From NCBI GenBank assembly GCA_050944355.1, contig JBMNQX010000003.1:29136-61135 (forward strand): a stretch of 32,000 bases of DNA. Reading direction: 5' to 3'. This document shows positions 1 to 9,672 of this stretch, piece by piece (within the stretch, counting starts at the first letter, position 1; every line of letters starts with the position of its first letter). The position numbers and the translations under genes are program-made. The DNA is from Lachnospiraceae bacterium (lineage in GTDB: Bacteria; Bacillota; Clostridia; Lachnospirales; Lachnospiraceae). Under the pieces are notes generated by a model. That model did not search any database. It saw only the letters and a program-made list of their open reading frames with translations, and was not told where the DNA came from.

Positions 1-1
1 C

Positions 2-268
2 AAAATCCGGATTCGCCCGGACGGCAGCGCCGGCGGCCACAATGGCGTAAAGAGCGTGATTGCGCGTCTGGGGACGCAGGAGTTCCGGCGCGTCAGAGTC
101 GGCGTCGGAGCCAAGCCGGCCGGATGGGATCTCGCGGACTGGGTTCTGGCCCGGTTTTCGGCCGAAGACGAACGCCTGATGGAGGATTCCAGAAAACGGG
201 CAGCCGAGGCCGCTGTCTCGCTTCTTGACACAGACGTCGCGGCGGTCATGAACCGCTATAACGCGTGA
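2..268 (+). CDS. pth: Peptidyl-tRNA hydrolase, C-terminal part (5' end outside window)
   Basis: Frame open from base 2: KIRIRPDGSAGGHNGVKSVIARLGTQEFRRVRVGVGAKP; GGHNG(V/L)KS and the R(V)GxG...P pattern are typical of bacterial Pth. Followed by mfd, the usual neighbour. Confidence 0.93.
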   Translation, partial: KIRIRPDGSAGGHNGVKSVIARLGTQEFRRVRVGVGAKPAGWDLADWVLARFSAEDERLMEDSRKRAAEAAVSLLDTDVAAVMNRYNA

Positions 269-289
269 GGCCGGAAAGAGGAAAGAGTT

Positions 290-3200
290 GTGAGGAATGC
301 GTTTCTGAAACCTGTCGGTGAGATGACAGGTCTGAAAGATCTGCGTGAAATCTACCGGAAAGGGCCGGCCGCGGCTCTCGCTTCCGGCTGCATCGACACG
401 CAGAAATGTGAATTTGTCCATGCCGCTGCCGAAGATTTTCCGGTGCGGCTTTTTGTCACGTCCGGAGAGGTCAAAGCCCGCCGCTACGCGGAAGAGTGCC
501 GTGTGTACGGCTCAGAGGCCATCTACTATCCGGCGCGCGACATTCTGTTCTATGCGGCGGACACCCACGGAAAGCAGACGGAAGGCCAGCGCATCGCCTG
601 TATCGCAAAGATCATGGACAGCTTTTCCGGGCGCCGCAAAGATCCGCGCCCGCTGACGGTCGTCACGACCATCGACGCGCTTGCCGACATGCTCCCGCCG
701 CCCGATAAATTTGAGAAAGCGTCTTTGACGCTGAAAAAAGGACAGATCATTGAGCCGTCGGATCTCACAGATCTCCTTGTGACAAATGGCTACGAGCGCA
801 CCGCCATGGTCGAAGCTCCGGGTGAAATGGCCGTCAGAGGTGATATTCTGGATGTGTATCCGTTTACCGAGGAGACGCCTGTCAGAATCGAATTCTTCGA
901 CGACGAGGTCGAATCCATCCGGCTGTTTGACGTGCAGAGCCAGCGCTCGATTGAAATGCTTGAGGAAATCCGCATCTTTCCGGCAAAAGAGTGCCTGCTT
1001 GACGAGGATGAAATCGCGGCGGGAACGGCGCGCGTAAAAAAGGAATCTGAGGAAATTCAAAAACAGATTCAGGACAAAGGCGCGGGAAATCTTGACGACA
1101 AGGATCTGGAAAGAATCAATCATCTGAGACGTCTGGTCGATGAGATGGAAAGGACGGAAAATTATGCCCGCTTCTTCCCGATGTTTTCGGATAACCCCGG
1201 CTCACTGCTTGAGTTTTTTGATCCGGCGAAGACACTCGTGGCGCTCGACGACGCGGTGCGCCTGAAGGAGACCATGGACGGCGTCTACCGGGAATTCGAG
1301 GAGAGTGCGAAAGTGCGCCTGATAAGCGGCACAATGCTTTCCGGACAGATGGCTCTGCTTCGGACCTGGGGCGATATCGCAAAAGAACTTGCCGCTTACC
1401 GGTGCCTGATTCTGGCCACATTTGATTCTCAGCCGGAAGGATTCCGGGATCTCGTATACGTGCGGGCGGACGCCAGAAGCGTCAGCAATTACGGGAATTC
1501 GTTTGAAGACCTTAAACGGGATCTCGAAGGGTACATAAAACGCAAGTATACCTGTATCGTGGCCTGTGCGAGCCGGTCCCGTGCAGGGCGGCTCGCCGAC
1601 GATCTGGCGGAAGCCGGTCTTCCGGCCGTGTCCGGCGGCGCGGAAACGGATCCGATGCCCGGCAGAATTCTTGTGACATACGGAAATATCAGCGGCGGGT
1701 ATGAATATCCGATGCTGCGTTTTATCGTCATCGCGGAGAGCGACATATTCACAAGAAAGAAAGAACACCGCAGAAAAGCGGCCTCCACGGCAAATGGCGA
1801 GGCACTGACGTCATATCAGGACCTCTCCGTGGGCGACTACGTGGTCCACGAAGATTACGGAATCGGCATCTACAGGGGAATTGTCCGCATCAGCCTCGGC
1901 GGCACCGAAAAAGACTATGTAAAGATCGAGTACGCCAGGGGGGCGGCGGTGCAGGTCCCGGCCACCCAGCTGGACCGCGTGCAGAAATACACGGCCGCGG
2001 ACAGTGCCAGAAAGCCGAAAATCACGGATCTCGGGACGTCTGAGTGGAAACGGGCCAAGACGAGGGCCCGGATGTCGGCGGAAGCCGTGGCGGATGATCT
2101 CGTGAAGCTGTATGCGGAGCGGCTCACGAAAAAGGGATTTGCGTTCAGCCCGGACACGGAGTGGCAGCGGGAATTTGAAGAGATGTTCCCGTACGAAGAG
2201 ACGGGGGACCAGCTGCGCGCGATCGCGGATGTGAAGGCCGACATGGAGAGTCCGCGGATCATGGATCGTCTGATCTGCGGAGACGTCGGTTTCGGCAAGA
2301 CGGAAATCGCGCTGCGGGCGGCGTTCAAGGCCGTTCAGGACGGAAAACAGGTCGCCATGCTGGCGCCTACTACGATCCTGTGCGATCAGCACTACAACAC
2401 ATTTCTGCAGAGAATGGAACATTTCCCGGTGAAGATCGCTGAGCTTTCGAGCTTCCGCACACCGGCGCAGAACAAGGAGACGGTCAGGGCGCTGAAAGAC
2501 GGGAGAGTTGACATCGTCATCGGAACGCACCGGCTGCTCTCGAAAGACGTGGCTTTTAAGGATCTGGGGCTTCTGATCATCGACGAGGAGCAGCGTTTCG
2601 GCGTGCGGCAGAAGGAAAAGATCAAAAATCTGCGGTCCAATGTGGACGTGATCTCGCTCTCTGCGACGCCGATACCGCGTTCGCTGCACATGAGTCTGGC
2701 CGGAATCCGCGACATGAGCGTGCTCGAAGAGCCGCCGGTCGACCGGCTCCCGATTCAGACATTTGTCACGGCTCTGGACCCGGACATGATCCGGGACGCG
2801 ATCCGCCGGGAGATCGGACGAGGCGGACAGGTGTACTTCGTGCACAACCGGGTGAACAACATCATCGACGTGACCGATCAGGTGAGGGCGCTGGTCCCGG
2901 AAGCGAGCGTCGTGTATGCGCACGGGCAGATGGACAAGCGGCAGCTCGAGAAGATCATGGAAGATTTCGTGAACGGCGAGATCGACGTTCTGGTGTCCAC
3001 CACGATCATCGAGTCCGGCGTCGACATCGGCAACTGCAATACGATTATCATCGATGACGCCACGAAACTCGGCCTGTCGCAGCTGTATCAGCTGAGGGGC
3101 CGCGTGGGACGCACGAGCCGGACGTCGTACGCGTTTCTGTTCTACAGCCGGGACAAGATTGTGTCGGATCAGGCGGAGAAGCGCCTGAACGCGATGCGGG

Positions 3201-3856
3201 AGTTCTCGGATCTGGGGAGCGGATACCGCCTGGCCATGAAGGATCTGGAAATCCGGGGCGCCGGCGACGTGCTGGGCACGATGCAGCACGGCATGACGGA
3301 GGCCATTGGGTACGATCTGTACTGCAAGATGCTGAACACGGCCGTTGCCCGCCTGAAGGGCGAGAAGATCCCGTACGAGTTCGAGACGCGTCTGGCGCTG
3401 CCGGTGGATGCGTACATGCCGGAAAATTATATCCGCACCGAGGCGGAGAAGCTGACGATGTACAAGCGGATAGCGCGGCTTTCGGATATGACGGAGCTCT
3501 CGAATCTGGAGGACGAGCTGACGGACCGCTACGGACCGGTGCCCTCTCCGGCCCATCAGCTGCTGCTGTCGGCTCTCGTCAAGGCGAAGGCACACGCCAT
3601 CGGGGCCTGCGAGGTGAGAGGCAAGAGAGACGGACAGTTCTGGATCACACAGCTCACCTTTACGCCGCAGACGACGCCGGACACGGTGAAGGCGCAGAAA
3701 GCGGCCGGCGAGTTCGGGGGATCCCTTCTCTTCGCGCCGGGAAAAGACGGCGGCATTTTCGTGTGGAGAGTTTCGGAGAGTAAAGCGGCAAATGTGCAGG
3801 AATATCTCGAGAGCGTTATTGCGATGATCGAGCGCCTGAACCCGCTCCTGGCCTGA
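290..3856 (+). CDS. mfd: Transcription-repair coupling factor Mfd
   Basis: 1188 aa, GTG start. CarD-like RNAP interaction domain (GDYVVHEDYGIGIYRGI), helicase motifs (GDVGFGKTEIALRAAFKA, DEEQRFGV, SATPIPRSLHMSL), TRG motif region and C-terminal domain. Confidence 0.98.
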   Translation: MRNAFLKPVGEMTGLKDLREIYRKGPAAALASGCIDTQKCEFVHAAAEDFPVRLFVTSGEVKARRYAEECRVYGSEAIYYPARDILFYAADTHGKQTEGQRIACIAKIMDSFSGRRKDPRPLTVVTTIDALADMLPPPDKFEKASLTLKKGQIIEPSDLTDLLVTNGYERTAMVEAPGEMAVRGDILDVYPFTEETPVRIEFFDDEVESIRLFDVQSQRSIEMLEEIRIFPAKECLLDEDEIAAGTARVKKESEEIQKQIQDKGAGNLDDKDLERINHLRRLVDEMERTENYARFFPMFSDNPGSLLEFFDPAKTLVALDDAVRLKETMDGVYREFEESAKVRLISGTMLSGQMALLRTWGDIAKELAAYRCLILATFDSQPEGFRDLVYVRADARSVSNYGNSFEDLKRDLEGYIKRKYTCIVACASRSRAGRLADDLAEAGLPAVSGGAETDPMPGRILVTYGNISGGYEYPMLRFIVIAESDIFTRKKEHRRKAASTANGEALTSYQDLSVGDYVVHEDYGIGIYRGIVRISLGGTEKDYVKIEYARGAAVQVPATQLDRVQKYTAADSARKPKITDLGTSEWKRAKTRARMSAEAVADDLVKLYAERLTKKGFAFSPDTEWQREFEEMFPYEETGDQLRAIADVKADMESPRIMDRLICGDVGFGKTEIALRAAFKAVQDGKQVAMLAPTTILCDQHYNTFLQRMEHFPVKIAELSSFRTPAQNKETVRALKDGRVDIVIGTHRLLSKDVAFKDLGLLIIDEEQRFGVRQKEKIKNLRSNVDVISLSATPIPRSLHMSLAGIRDMSVLEEPPVDRLPIQTFVTALDPDMIRDAIRREIGRGGQVYFVHNRVNNIIDVTDQVRALVPEASVVYAHGQMDKRQLEKIMEDFVNGEIDVLVSTTIIESGVDIGNCNTIIIDDATKLGLSQLYQLRGRVGRTSRTSYAFLFYSRDKIVSDQAEKRLNAMREFSDLGSGYRLAMKDLEIRGAGDVLGTMQHGMTEAIGYDLYCKMLNTAVARLKGEKIPYEFETRLALPVDAYMPENYIRTEAEKLTMYKRIARLSDMTELSNLEDELTDRYGPVPSPAHQLLLSALVKAKAHAIGACEVRGKRDGQFWITQLTFTPQTTPDTVKAQKAAGEFGGSLLFAPGKDGGIFVWRVSESKAANVQEYLESVIAMIERLNPLLA

Positions 3857-3864
3857 TGCGGGCG

Positions 3865-3893
3865 TTGACTAATTCCGATGCGGATACTATAAT
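3865..3893 (+). promoter_or_regulatory. Sigma-A type promoter for ilvE (TTGACT-17-TATAAT)
   Basis: -35 TTGACT at 3865-3870, 17-nt spacer, -10 TATAAT at 3888-3893, just downstream of the mfd stop. Confidence 0.85.
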
Positions 3894-3897
3894 TTAG

Positions 3898-3964
3898 CCT
3901 AATCCGCAGTGGTTTTATTCCACTGGACAAAGGCCGGAAAGTTCCGCCACCGGATACTATTAGG
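3898..3964 (+). ncRNA. Structured 5' leader upstream of ilvE (putative cis-regulatory RNA, family unassigned)
   Basis: Closing helix CCTAAT/CCG (3898-3906) with CGG (3951-3953) and ATTAGG (3959-3964); hairpin CAGTGG(TTTTATT)CCACTG (3907-3925); hairpin GGCCGGA(AAGT)TCCGCC (3932-3948, one bulge). Lies between the promoter and the ribosome binding site. Confidence 0.5.
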
Positions 3965-3981
3965 AAAGGAAGAACGGCAGA

Positions 3982-5013
3982 ATGGAAAAAAAGAATCTGG
4001 ACTGGGCGAATCTGGGCTTCGCTTATATGAAGACAGACAAGCGCTATGTCGCCAACTACAAGAACGGCGCATGGGATGAGGGCGGTCTCACAGACGACGC
4101 GATGATCACGATGAGCGAGGACGCCGGCGTACTTCAGTATTCACAGTCTGTATTCGAAGGACTGAAGGCGTACACAACAAAGGACGGCCGTACTGTTACA
4201 TTCAGACCGGACCTGAACGCAGAGAGAATGTACAACTCGGCACAGCGGCTTGAGATTCCGCCGTTCCCGAAGGACAGGTTTGTAAAAGCGGTGCTCGAGG
4301 TCGTAAAGGCCAATGAAGCATGGGTTCCGCCGTATGGTTCCGGCGCCACACTGTATCTCCGTCCTTACGTATTCGGCATCAGCCCTGTCATCGGCGTAAA
4401 GCCGGCTGACGAGTATCAGTTCCGCATTTTTGCGACTCCGGTAGGCCCGTATTTCAAGGGCGGCGCAAAGCCGATCCGCGTGAAGATTTCGGATTTCGAC
4501 CGCGCGGCTCCGAGAGGCACCGGCAACATCAAGGCCGGACTGAACTATGCGATGAGCCTGCATGCCATCGTGCTTGCTCACAAGGAAGGCTTTGCGGAGA
4601 ACATCTATCTGGATCCGGCAACGCGCACGTACATCGAAGAGACCGGCGGCGCCAACATCCTCTTTGCCGATCATGACGGCAATCTGGTTGTTCCGAAGTC
4701 CGACAGCATTCTGCCGTCTGTCACAAGAAGAAGCCTTGAGTATGTCGCAGAGCATTATCTGGGCATGAAGGTCGACGAGAGAAAAGTAAAGCTTTCGGAA
4801 GTGTTCGACGGAGAGTTCACCGAGTGCGGACTCTGCGGAACCGCGGCGGTTATTTCCCCGATCGGTCAGATCAACGACCACGGCAGGGAGTACACGTTCG
4901 AGAGCGGCATGGAAGAGATGGGGCCTGTCATGGGCAAGCTCAGATCCACGCTCCTCGGCATCCAGGAAGGTGAAATTGAGGCACCGGAAGGCTGGATTTA
5001 CGAAGTAAAATAA
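3982..5013 (+). CDS. ilvE: Branched-chain amino acid aminotransferase
   Basis: 343 aa; fold-type IV PLP aminotransferase signatures (QSVFEGLKAY, FRPDLNAERMYNSAQRL, GTGNIKAGLNYAMSLHA, YIEETGGANILF, ECGLCGTAAVISPIG). Confidence 0.96.
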   Translation: MEKKNLDWANLGFAYMKTDKRYVANYKNGAWDEGGLTDDAMITMSEDAGVLQYSQSVFEGLKAYTTKDGRTVTFRPDLNAERMYNSAQRLEIPPFPKDRFVKAVLEVVKANEAWVPPYGSGATLYLRPYVFGISPVIGVKPADEYQFRIFATPVGPYFKGGAKPIRVKISDFDRAAPRGTGNIKAGLNYAMSLHAIVLAHKEGFAENIYLDPATRTYIEETGGANILFADHDGNLVVPKSDSILPSVTRRSLEYVAEHYLGMKVDERKVKLSEVFDGEFTECGLCGTAAVISPIGQINDHGREYTFESGMEEMGPVMGKLRSTLLGIQEGEIEAPEGWIYEVK

Positions 5014-5040
5014 TACACACGAAATAATGGCTTGTAAGCT

Positions 5041-5078
5041 GCCGCATCCGGGTGTGAAACACCGGATGCGGCTTTTTT
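5041..5078 (+). terminator. Rho-independent terminator after ilvE
   Basis: GCCGCATCCGGGTG-TGAAA-CACCGGATGCGGC followed by TTTTTT. Confidence 0.93.
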
Positions 5079-5251
5079 GTGCGAAGACCCCGGAAGCGCC
5101 GCGCCTGCCGGCCGCAGACACGTTTCCCGCGCATGGAATTTATCACAGTGATATGGTAGTATGGTGAATAACGATCAGAGACATCATTTGTCATGGGGAA
5201 AACTGATCAATTTTACTGCTCTCTCATGTGCGGGGAGCTGAAAGAGGAAGT

Positions 5252-6784
5252 ATGAGACTGAAATACAGAAAATGGACGGTTCCGCTGCTCCTGCTTTTTA
5301 TGGCGGCGGCGCTGATCACGCCGGCACTCAGAACGCAGGCTGACAGCAGCACGGACAACGACGACAACACGTTTATCGTCGGTTTCGACGCGGAATTCCC
5401 GCCGTACGGATATAAGGATGAAAACGGCGAATACGTGGGGTTTGATCTGTCGCTCGCACAGGAGGTGTGCGAGCGGAACGGTTGGACACTGATCAAGCAG
5501 CCAATTGACTGGAACTCGAAGGACATGGAGCTGAATTCCGGTTCGATTGACTGTATCTGGAACGGTTTCACCATGGACGGACGGGAAGACGAGTACACAT
5601 GGTCGAGCGCGTACATCGACAATTCCCAGGTCGTGGCGGTCAGAAGCGACTCTTCGATCAATTCGCTCGATGATCTCGCCGGCAAGACCGTCATCGTTCA
5701 GCAGGATTCTTCCGCCCTGGCCGCGTTCACCGGGGATGACGCGACGGAGGAGAACAAGGCTCTGGCCGCGTCGTTTGCGGAGCTGCAGCAGGTCAGCGAC
5801 TACAACAGCGCGTTCATGAACCTGGAATCCGGCGTCGCGGACGCGGTGTGCCTGGACATCGGCGTGGCCAACTATCAGCTCGCCAACAGCGGCGGCAAGT
5901 TCCGCCTGCTCTCGGAACAGGTTTCAAGTGAACACTACGGCATCGGCTTCAAAAAGGGCAACACGGAGCTGCGCGACAAAGTCCAGGCGACGCTCAACGA
6001 GATGCTCTCGGACGGAACCTTTGCGGAAATTGCGGAAGAATGGGGACTGTCGGATGCCGTGTGCCTCGGCGAGGAGGGCGCTGACGCCGTGATGCGCTCA
6101 GAGACGTCGGGCAGCAGCAGCGGTTTCACATTCGCGGATTTCCTTGACATCATGGGGCAGCTCCTGCAGGGCTTCGGGGCGACGCTGACGATTTTCTTCC
6201 TCACACTGATTTTTTCCCTGCCTCTCGGTCTGCTCGTTACATTCATGCGCATGTCGCGCCATGCGGTACCGCACTGGATCGCGCGCGTGTTCATCTCGAT
6301 TCTGCGGGGCACGCCGCTGATGCTCCAGCTGCTCGTCGTGTTCTTCGGACCGTACTATGTGTTTCGGATCAGCCTGTCAAATGCCTGGCGGTTCTGGGCC
6401 GTGATCATCGGTTTCTCGATCAACTACGCGGCGTATTTCGCCGAAATTTTCCGCGCCGGCATCGAAGGCGTCCCGAGAGGGCAGCGGGAAGCGGCTCAGG
6501 TTCTGGGCTACACGAAGCGCCAGACGTTCACCCGCATCATATTCCCGCAGATGGTCAGACGGGTTATGCCGCCGGTGACGAACGAAGTCATCACGCTGGT
6601 CAAGGATACTTCCCTTGCTTTTGCCCTGGCCTATACCGAGATGTTCACGCTCGCCAAGCAGATCGCGGCGACGCGCTCGAACATCCTGCCTCTGTTTGCG
6701 GCCGGCCTGTTCTACTACATATTCAACTTCCTCGTTGAATTTGTGATGGGACGCATCGAAAAGAAACTCAATTACTTCGAGTGA
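5252..6784 (+). CDS. Amino-acid ABC transporter, fused substrate-binding domain and permease (GlnH-GlnP type)
   Basis: Signal-peptide-like N-terminus (RKWTVPLLLLFMAAALITPALRTQA), SBP_bac_3 domain (FIVGFDAEFPPYGYKDENGEYVGFDLSLAQEVCERNGW), then polar amino-acid permease with EAA-type loop (EIFRAGIEGVPRGQREAAQVLGYTKRQTFTRIIFPQ). The ORF track starts at 5228, but the AGAGGAAG RBS favours ATG 5252. Confidence 0.93.
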   Translation: MRLKYRKWTVPLLLLFMAAALITPALRTQADSSTDNDDNTFIVGFDAEFPPYGYKDENGEYVGFDLSLAQEVCERNGWTLIKQPIDWNSKDMELNSGSIDCIWNGFTMDGREDEYTWSSAYIDNSQVVAVRSDSSINSLDDLAGKTVIVQQDSSALAAFTGDDATEENKALAASFAELQQVSDYNSAFMNLESGVADAVCLDIGVANYQLANSGGKFRLLSEQVSSEHYGIGFKKGNTELRDKVQATLNEMLSDGTFAEIAEEWGLSDAVCLGEEGADAVMRSETSGSSSGFTFADFLDIMGQLLQGFGATLTIFFLTLIFSLPLGLLVTFMRMSRHAVPHWIARVFISILRGTPLMLQLLVVFFGPYYVFRISLSNAWRFWAVIIGFSINYAAYFAEIFRAGIEGVPRGQREAAQVLGYTKRQTFTRIIFPQMVRRVMPPVTNEVITLVKDTSLAFALAYTEMFTLAKQIAATRSNILPLFAAGLFYYIFNFLVEFVMGRIEKKLNYFE

Positions 6785-6799
6785 TAAGGAGAGCAGAAA

Positions 6800-7558
6800 A
6801 TGTCAGTATTATCGATCAGTCATCTGAAAAAACAGTTCGACGGAAAAGTCGTGCTCTCCGATATTTCCCTTGACGTAGAGCAGGGCGAAGTCGTGGTCAT
6901 CATCGGCCCTTCAGGGTCCGGAAAATCGACCCTGCTGCGCTGCGCCACGTTCCTGGAGACCATGGACTACGGCAGCCTTTCCTACAACGGAGTCAGCGCC
7001 ATGACAAATGCGCCCGGCGAGCCCTGTGTCTATAAATCGGAGGATGAGCTGCGAAAACTCAAGAGCAATTTCGGACTTGTGTTCCAGGATTTCAATCTGT
7101 TTCCTCACTTTACGGTCATGCAGAATATCTGCGACGCGCCGATTCACGTGCAGAAGCGCGACCCGGAAGAAGTAAAGAAGCAGGCCCAGTCGCTGCTGGA
7201 AAAGGTGGGACTTGCCGATCGCGGCGGCGCATATCCGGGGCAGCTCTCCGGAGGGCAGAAACAGCGCGTCGCCATCGCGAGGGCGTTGTGCATGAACCCG
7301 AAGATGCTGTTTTTTGACGAGCCGACTTCGGCGCTCGACCCGGAGATCACGGCCGGAATTCTGCGCGTCATGAGACAGCTCGCCGCCGAACACATGACCA
7401 TGGTTGTCGTCACCCATGAAATCGACTTTGCCCGCCGGGTGGCGGACCGCGTGATTTTCATGGACGGCGGCGTGATCGTGGAAGAGGGCAGGCCGGAGGA
7501 TGTCATCGACAACCCGAAGAACGCCCGCACCCAGGCATTCCTTCGAAAGCTGTCGTGA
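6800..7558 (+). CDS. Polar amino-acid ABC transporter ATP-binding protein (GlnQ type)
   Basis: Walker [13 protein letters not shown], signature [15 protein letters not shown], Walker [15 protein letters not shown]; immediately downstream of the permease. Confidence 0.96.
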   Translation: MSVLSISHLKKQFDGKVVLSDISLDVEQGEVVVIIGPSGSGKSTLLRCATFLETMDYGSLSYNGVSAMTNAPGEPCVYKSEDELRKLKSNFGLVFQDFNLFPHFTVMQNICDAPIHVQKRDPEEVKKQAQSLLEKVGLADRGGAYPGQLSGGQKQRVAIARALCMNPKMLFFDEPTSALDPEITAGILRVMRQLAAEHMTMVVVTHEIDFARRVADRVIFMDGGVIVEEGRPEDVIDNPKNARTQAFLRKLS

Positions 7559-7586
7559 CTTAAGAAGAATTTTGGGAGGCATAGAC

Positions 7587-8564
7587 ATGAAGCTTTTTGT
7601 TTACAGCATGCGGCCATATGATGAGGCGGCCATTTTCAAAAGACTCAGCGGAAAATACAATCTGGAAATTTCGTCAACAGAGCAGACACCGTGCCTGGAA
7701 AATGTTAAAATGGCAACAGGATATGATGTTGTGGACATTATCACGACACCGATGACGGAAGAGATCCTGAGTGCTTTCAAGGCTGTCGGCGTGAAGTGTA
7801 TCGCGACCCGCACAATCGGGTTTGACCACATCGATCTTGATGCCGCGAGAAAGCTGGGTCTCGGCGTGGTTCATGTGACATATTCTCCTTCTACCGTCGC
7901 GGATTACGCGATTATGATGATGCTGATCGGCCTGCGCAAAATACCATTTATCATGCAGAAAGCGCAGGCACAGGATTTTACGCTCAACGGGAGCATCGGC
8001 CGTGAAATCGAGGACTGCACGGTAGGCGTGATCGGAACCGGCCGGATCGGAAAGACGGTCATCCGGCATCTGTCGGGCTTTGGCTGCCGGATTCTGGCTT
8101 ACGACGTATACCCGGACGAGAAGCTGGGTGTGAAGTACGTGAGCCTCGATGAGCTGCTGCGGGAAAGCGACGTGATCACCCTGCACGCGCCCGGCATGGA
8201 CGAGACATTTCACATGATCGGCGAAAAACAGTTTGCCGAGATGAAAGACGGTGTTGTTCTGATCAACTGCGCGAGGGGGTCGCTTGTGGATTCTGACGCC
8301 CTGCTTGGTGCGCTCGACTCGGGAAAAGTCGGGTTTGCCGGTCTTGATGTCGTGGAAAATGAGGCGGGACTCTATTATTTCAACCGCATGGGCGAGCCGC
8401 TGAAGAACCCTGAGCTGGCTCTGCTGAAATCGTATCCGAATGTTCTGGTGACTCCGCATACGGCTTTCTACACGGAGAGGGCCGTGTCAGATATGGCGGA
8501 AAATTCCATCGTGGCTGCGCTCGATTACATACAGGGAAAGGAGAATCCTTTTATTGTGAGCTGA
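7587..8564 (+). CDS. D-isomer-specific 2-hydroxyacid dehydrogenase (D-lactate dehydrogenase-like)
   Basis: ATRTIGFDHIDLDAARKLG, VGVIGTGRIGKTVIRHLSGFG, INCARGSLVDSDAL, TPHTAFYTERAV. ATG 7587 preceded by TGGGAGG; the 7500 start in the track overlaps the upstream CDS. Confidence 0.93.
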   Translation: MKLFVYSMRPYDEAAIFKRLSGKYNLEISSTEQTPCLENVKMATGYDVVDIITTPMTEEILSAFKAVGVKCIATRTIGFDHIDLDAARKLGLGVVHVTYSPSTVADYAIMMMLIGLRKIPFIMQKAQAQDFTLNGSIGREIEDCTVGVIGTGRIGKTVIRHLSGFGCRILAYDVYPDEKLGVKYVSLDELLRESDVITLHAPGMDETFHMIGEKQFAEMKDGVVLINCARGSLVDSDALLGALDSGKVGFAGLDVVENEAGLYYFNRMGEPLKNPELALLKSYPNVLVTPHTAFYTERAVSDMAENSIVAALDYIQGKENPFIVS

Positions 8565-8648
8565 GAGCGCCGGGCGGAGAAAACCGGACGAATACTTTAC
8601 GGGCACAGAGCGTGCCGGACAAATAAAAAGAAAGGAGAGCTTTTAGAG

Positions 8649-9668
8649 TTGACGGACAAGGGCAGAACAGGAATCCGGGATGTTGCCGAAGCAGCCGGTG
8701 TGTCGCTTTCGTCGGTCTCCCGGTATCTCAACAACGGGTATGTGAGTGAGGAAAAACGGGAAAAGATCCGCAAAGCGATTGAAGAGACCGGGTACGCCGC
8801 ACAGAAGCCGGAACCTGTCAGCCACGGAAGAAAGACCGGGCTGATCGGAGTGATTATTCCGAGACTTCGCTCGGAGACGATTGCGAGCGTCGTGGATGGC
8901 ATTCAGTCGGTTCTCGGAGACAACGGCTACCAGATGCTTCTGACGTGCACCGAGGGCGATGAGGCGCGCGAGGTGAGCTATATCGGTCTTTTCGGGTCCT
9001 ATCCGGTCGACGGAATCATACTGTCCGGAACGGTTCTGACAAAAATGCATCGTATTGCGATGAAAAAGACAAAAATTCCCATCGTCACGGTGGGACAGCA
9101 TTTTGACAACATGTGGTGCGTGTATCACGATGACGTGGAGGCCGGAAGACTTCTGACGGACGATCTGATTCAGGCGGGATGCAGGAAGCCTGCCATGCTG
9201 GCGGTCCGTCAGGATGATATCTCGGCCGGCGCCGACAGACTGAAGGGATACAAAGAGGCGCTTTCTGCCTCCGGTATGAAGTTCAATTCCTCCTATGTGC
9301 GCGAGGTGCCATTTACCACGGAGGGCGGATACATAGCCACGGGCGAACTGATGGTGGAGCATCCGGACATCGACGGATTTTTCTGTGCGACGGATTCGAT
9401 TGCCATCGGCGCCATGCAGAAGCTTGAGGAGATGGGATTCAATATACCGCGCGACGTGAAGGTCTGCGGCGTGGGGCACAGCCGCCTGAGCCGCGTGGTA
9501 AAGCCAAAACTCACGACCGCTCATCTGTTTTACGGGAGGAGCGGTTCCGAGGCTGCCAGAATGCTGCTTTCGCTTATTGACGGGAAAATACCCGAAGAAA
9601 AACAGATCCGGCTGCCGGTAGAACTGGTGAAAGGACAGACAACGGCCGCTGGTCAGGAGGACAGGTAA
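8649..9668 (+). CDS. scrR: LacI-family transcriptional regulator, probable sucrose-locus repressor
   Basis: N-terminal LacI HTH ([41 protein letters not shown]), periplasmic-binding-like domain; TTG start with AAAGGAGAG RBS; directly upstream of the sucrose PTS and hydrolase genes. Confidence 0.88.
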   Translation: MTDKGRTGIRDVAEAAGVSLSSVSRYLNNGYVSEEKREKIRKAIEETGYAAQKPEPVSHGRKTGLIGVIIPRLRSETIASVVDGIQSVLGDNGYQMLLTCTEGDEAREVSYIGLFGSYPVDGIILSGTVLTKMHRIAMKKTKIPIVTVGQHFDNMWCVYHDDVEAGRLLTDDLIQAGCRKPAMLAVRQDDISAGADRLKGYKEALSASGMKFNSSYVREVPFTTEGGYIATGELMVEHPDIDGFFCATDSIAIGAMQKLEEMGFNIPRDVKVCGVGHSRLSRVVKPKLTTAHLFYGRSGSEAARMLLSLIDGKIPEEKQIRLPVELVKGQTTAAGQEDR

Positions 9669-9672
9669 CAGT

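Noticed and set aside
1811-3595. 594-aa minus-strand ORF opposite mfd
   Set aside because: Shadow ORF of a GC-rich coding strand; His/Arg/Val-rich translation with no recognisable domain, fully inside mfd.
3894-3981. T-box riboswitch upstream of ilvE
   Set aside because: Leader is only about 85 nt and lacks the AGGGTGGNACCGCG T-box sequence and a terminator/antiterminator pair.
7500-7586. Upstream start of the 2-hydroxyacid dehydrogenase ORF
   Set aside because: Overlaps the ABC ATPase gene; MKLFVYSMRPYDEAAIF from ATG 7587 is the typical N-terminus and has an RBS.
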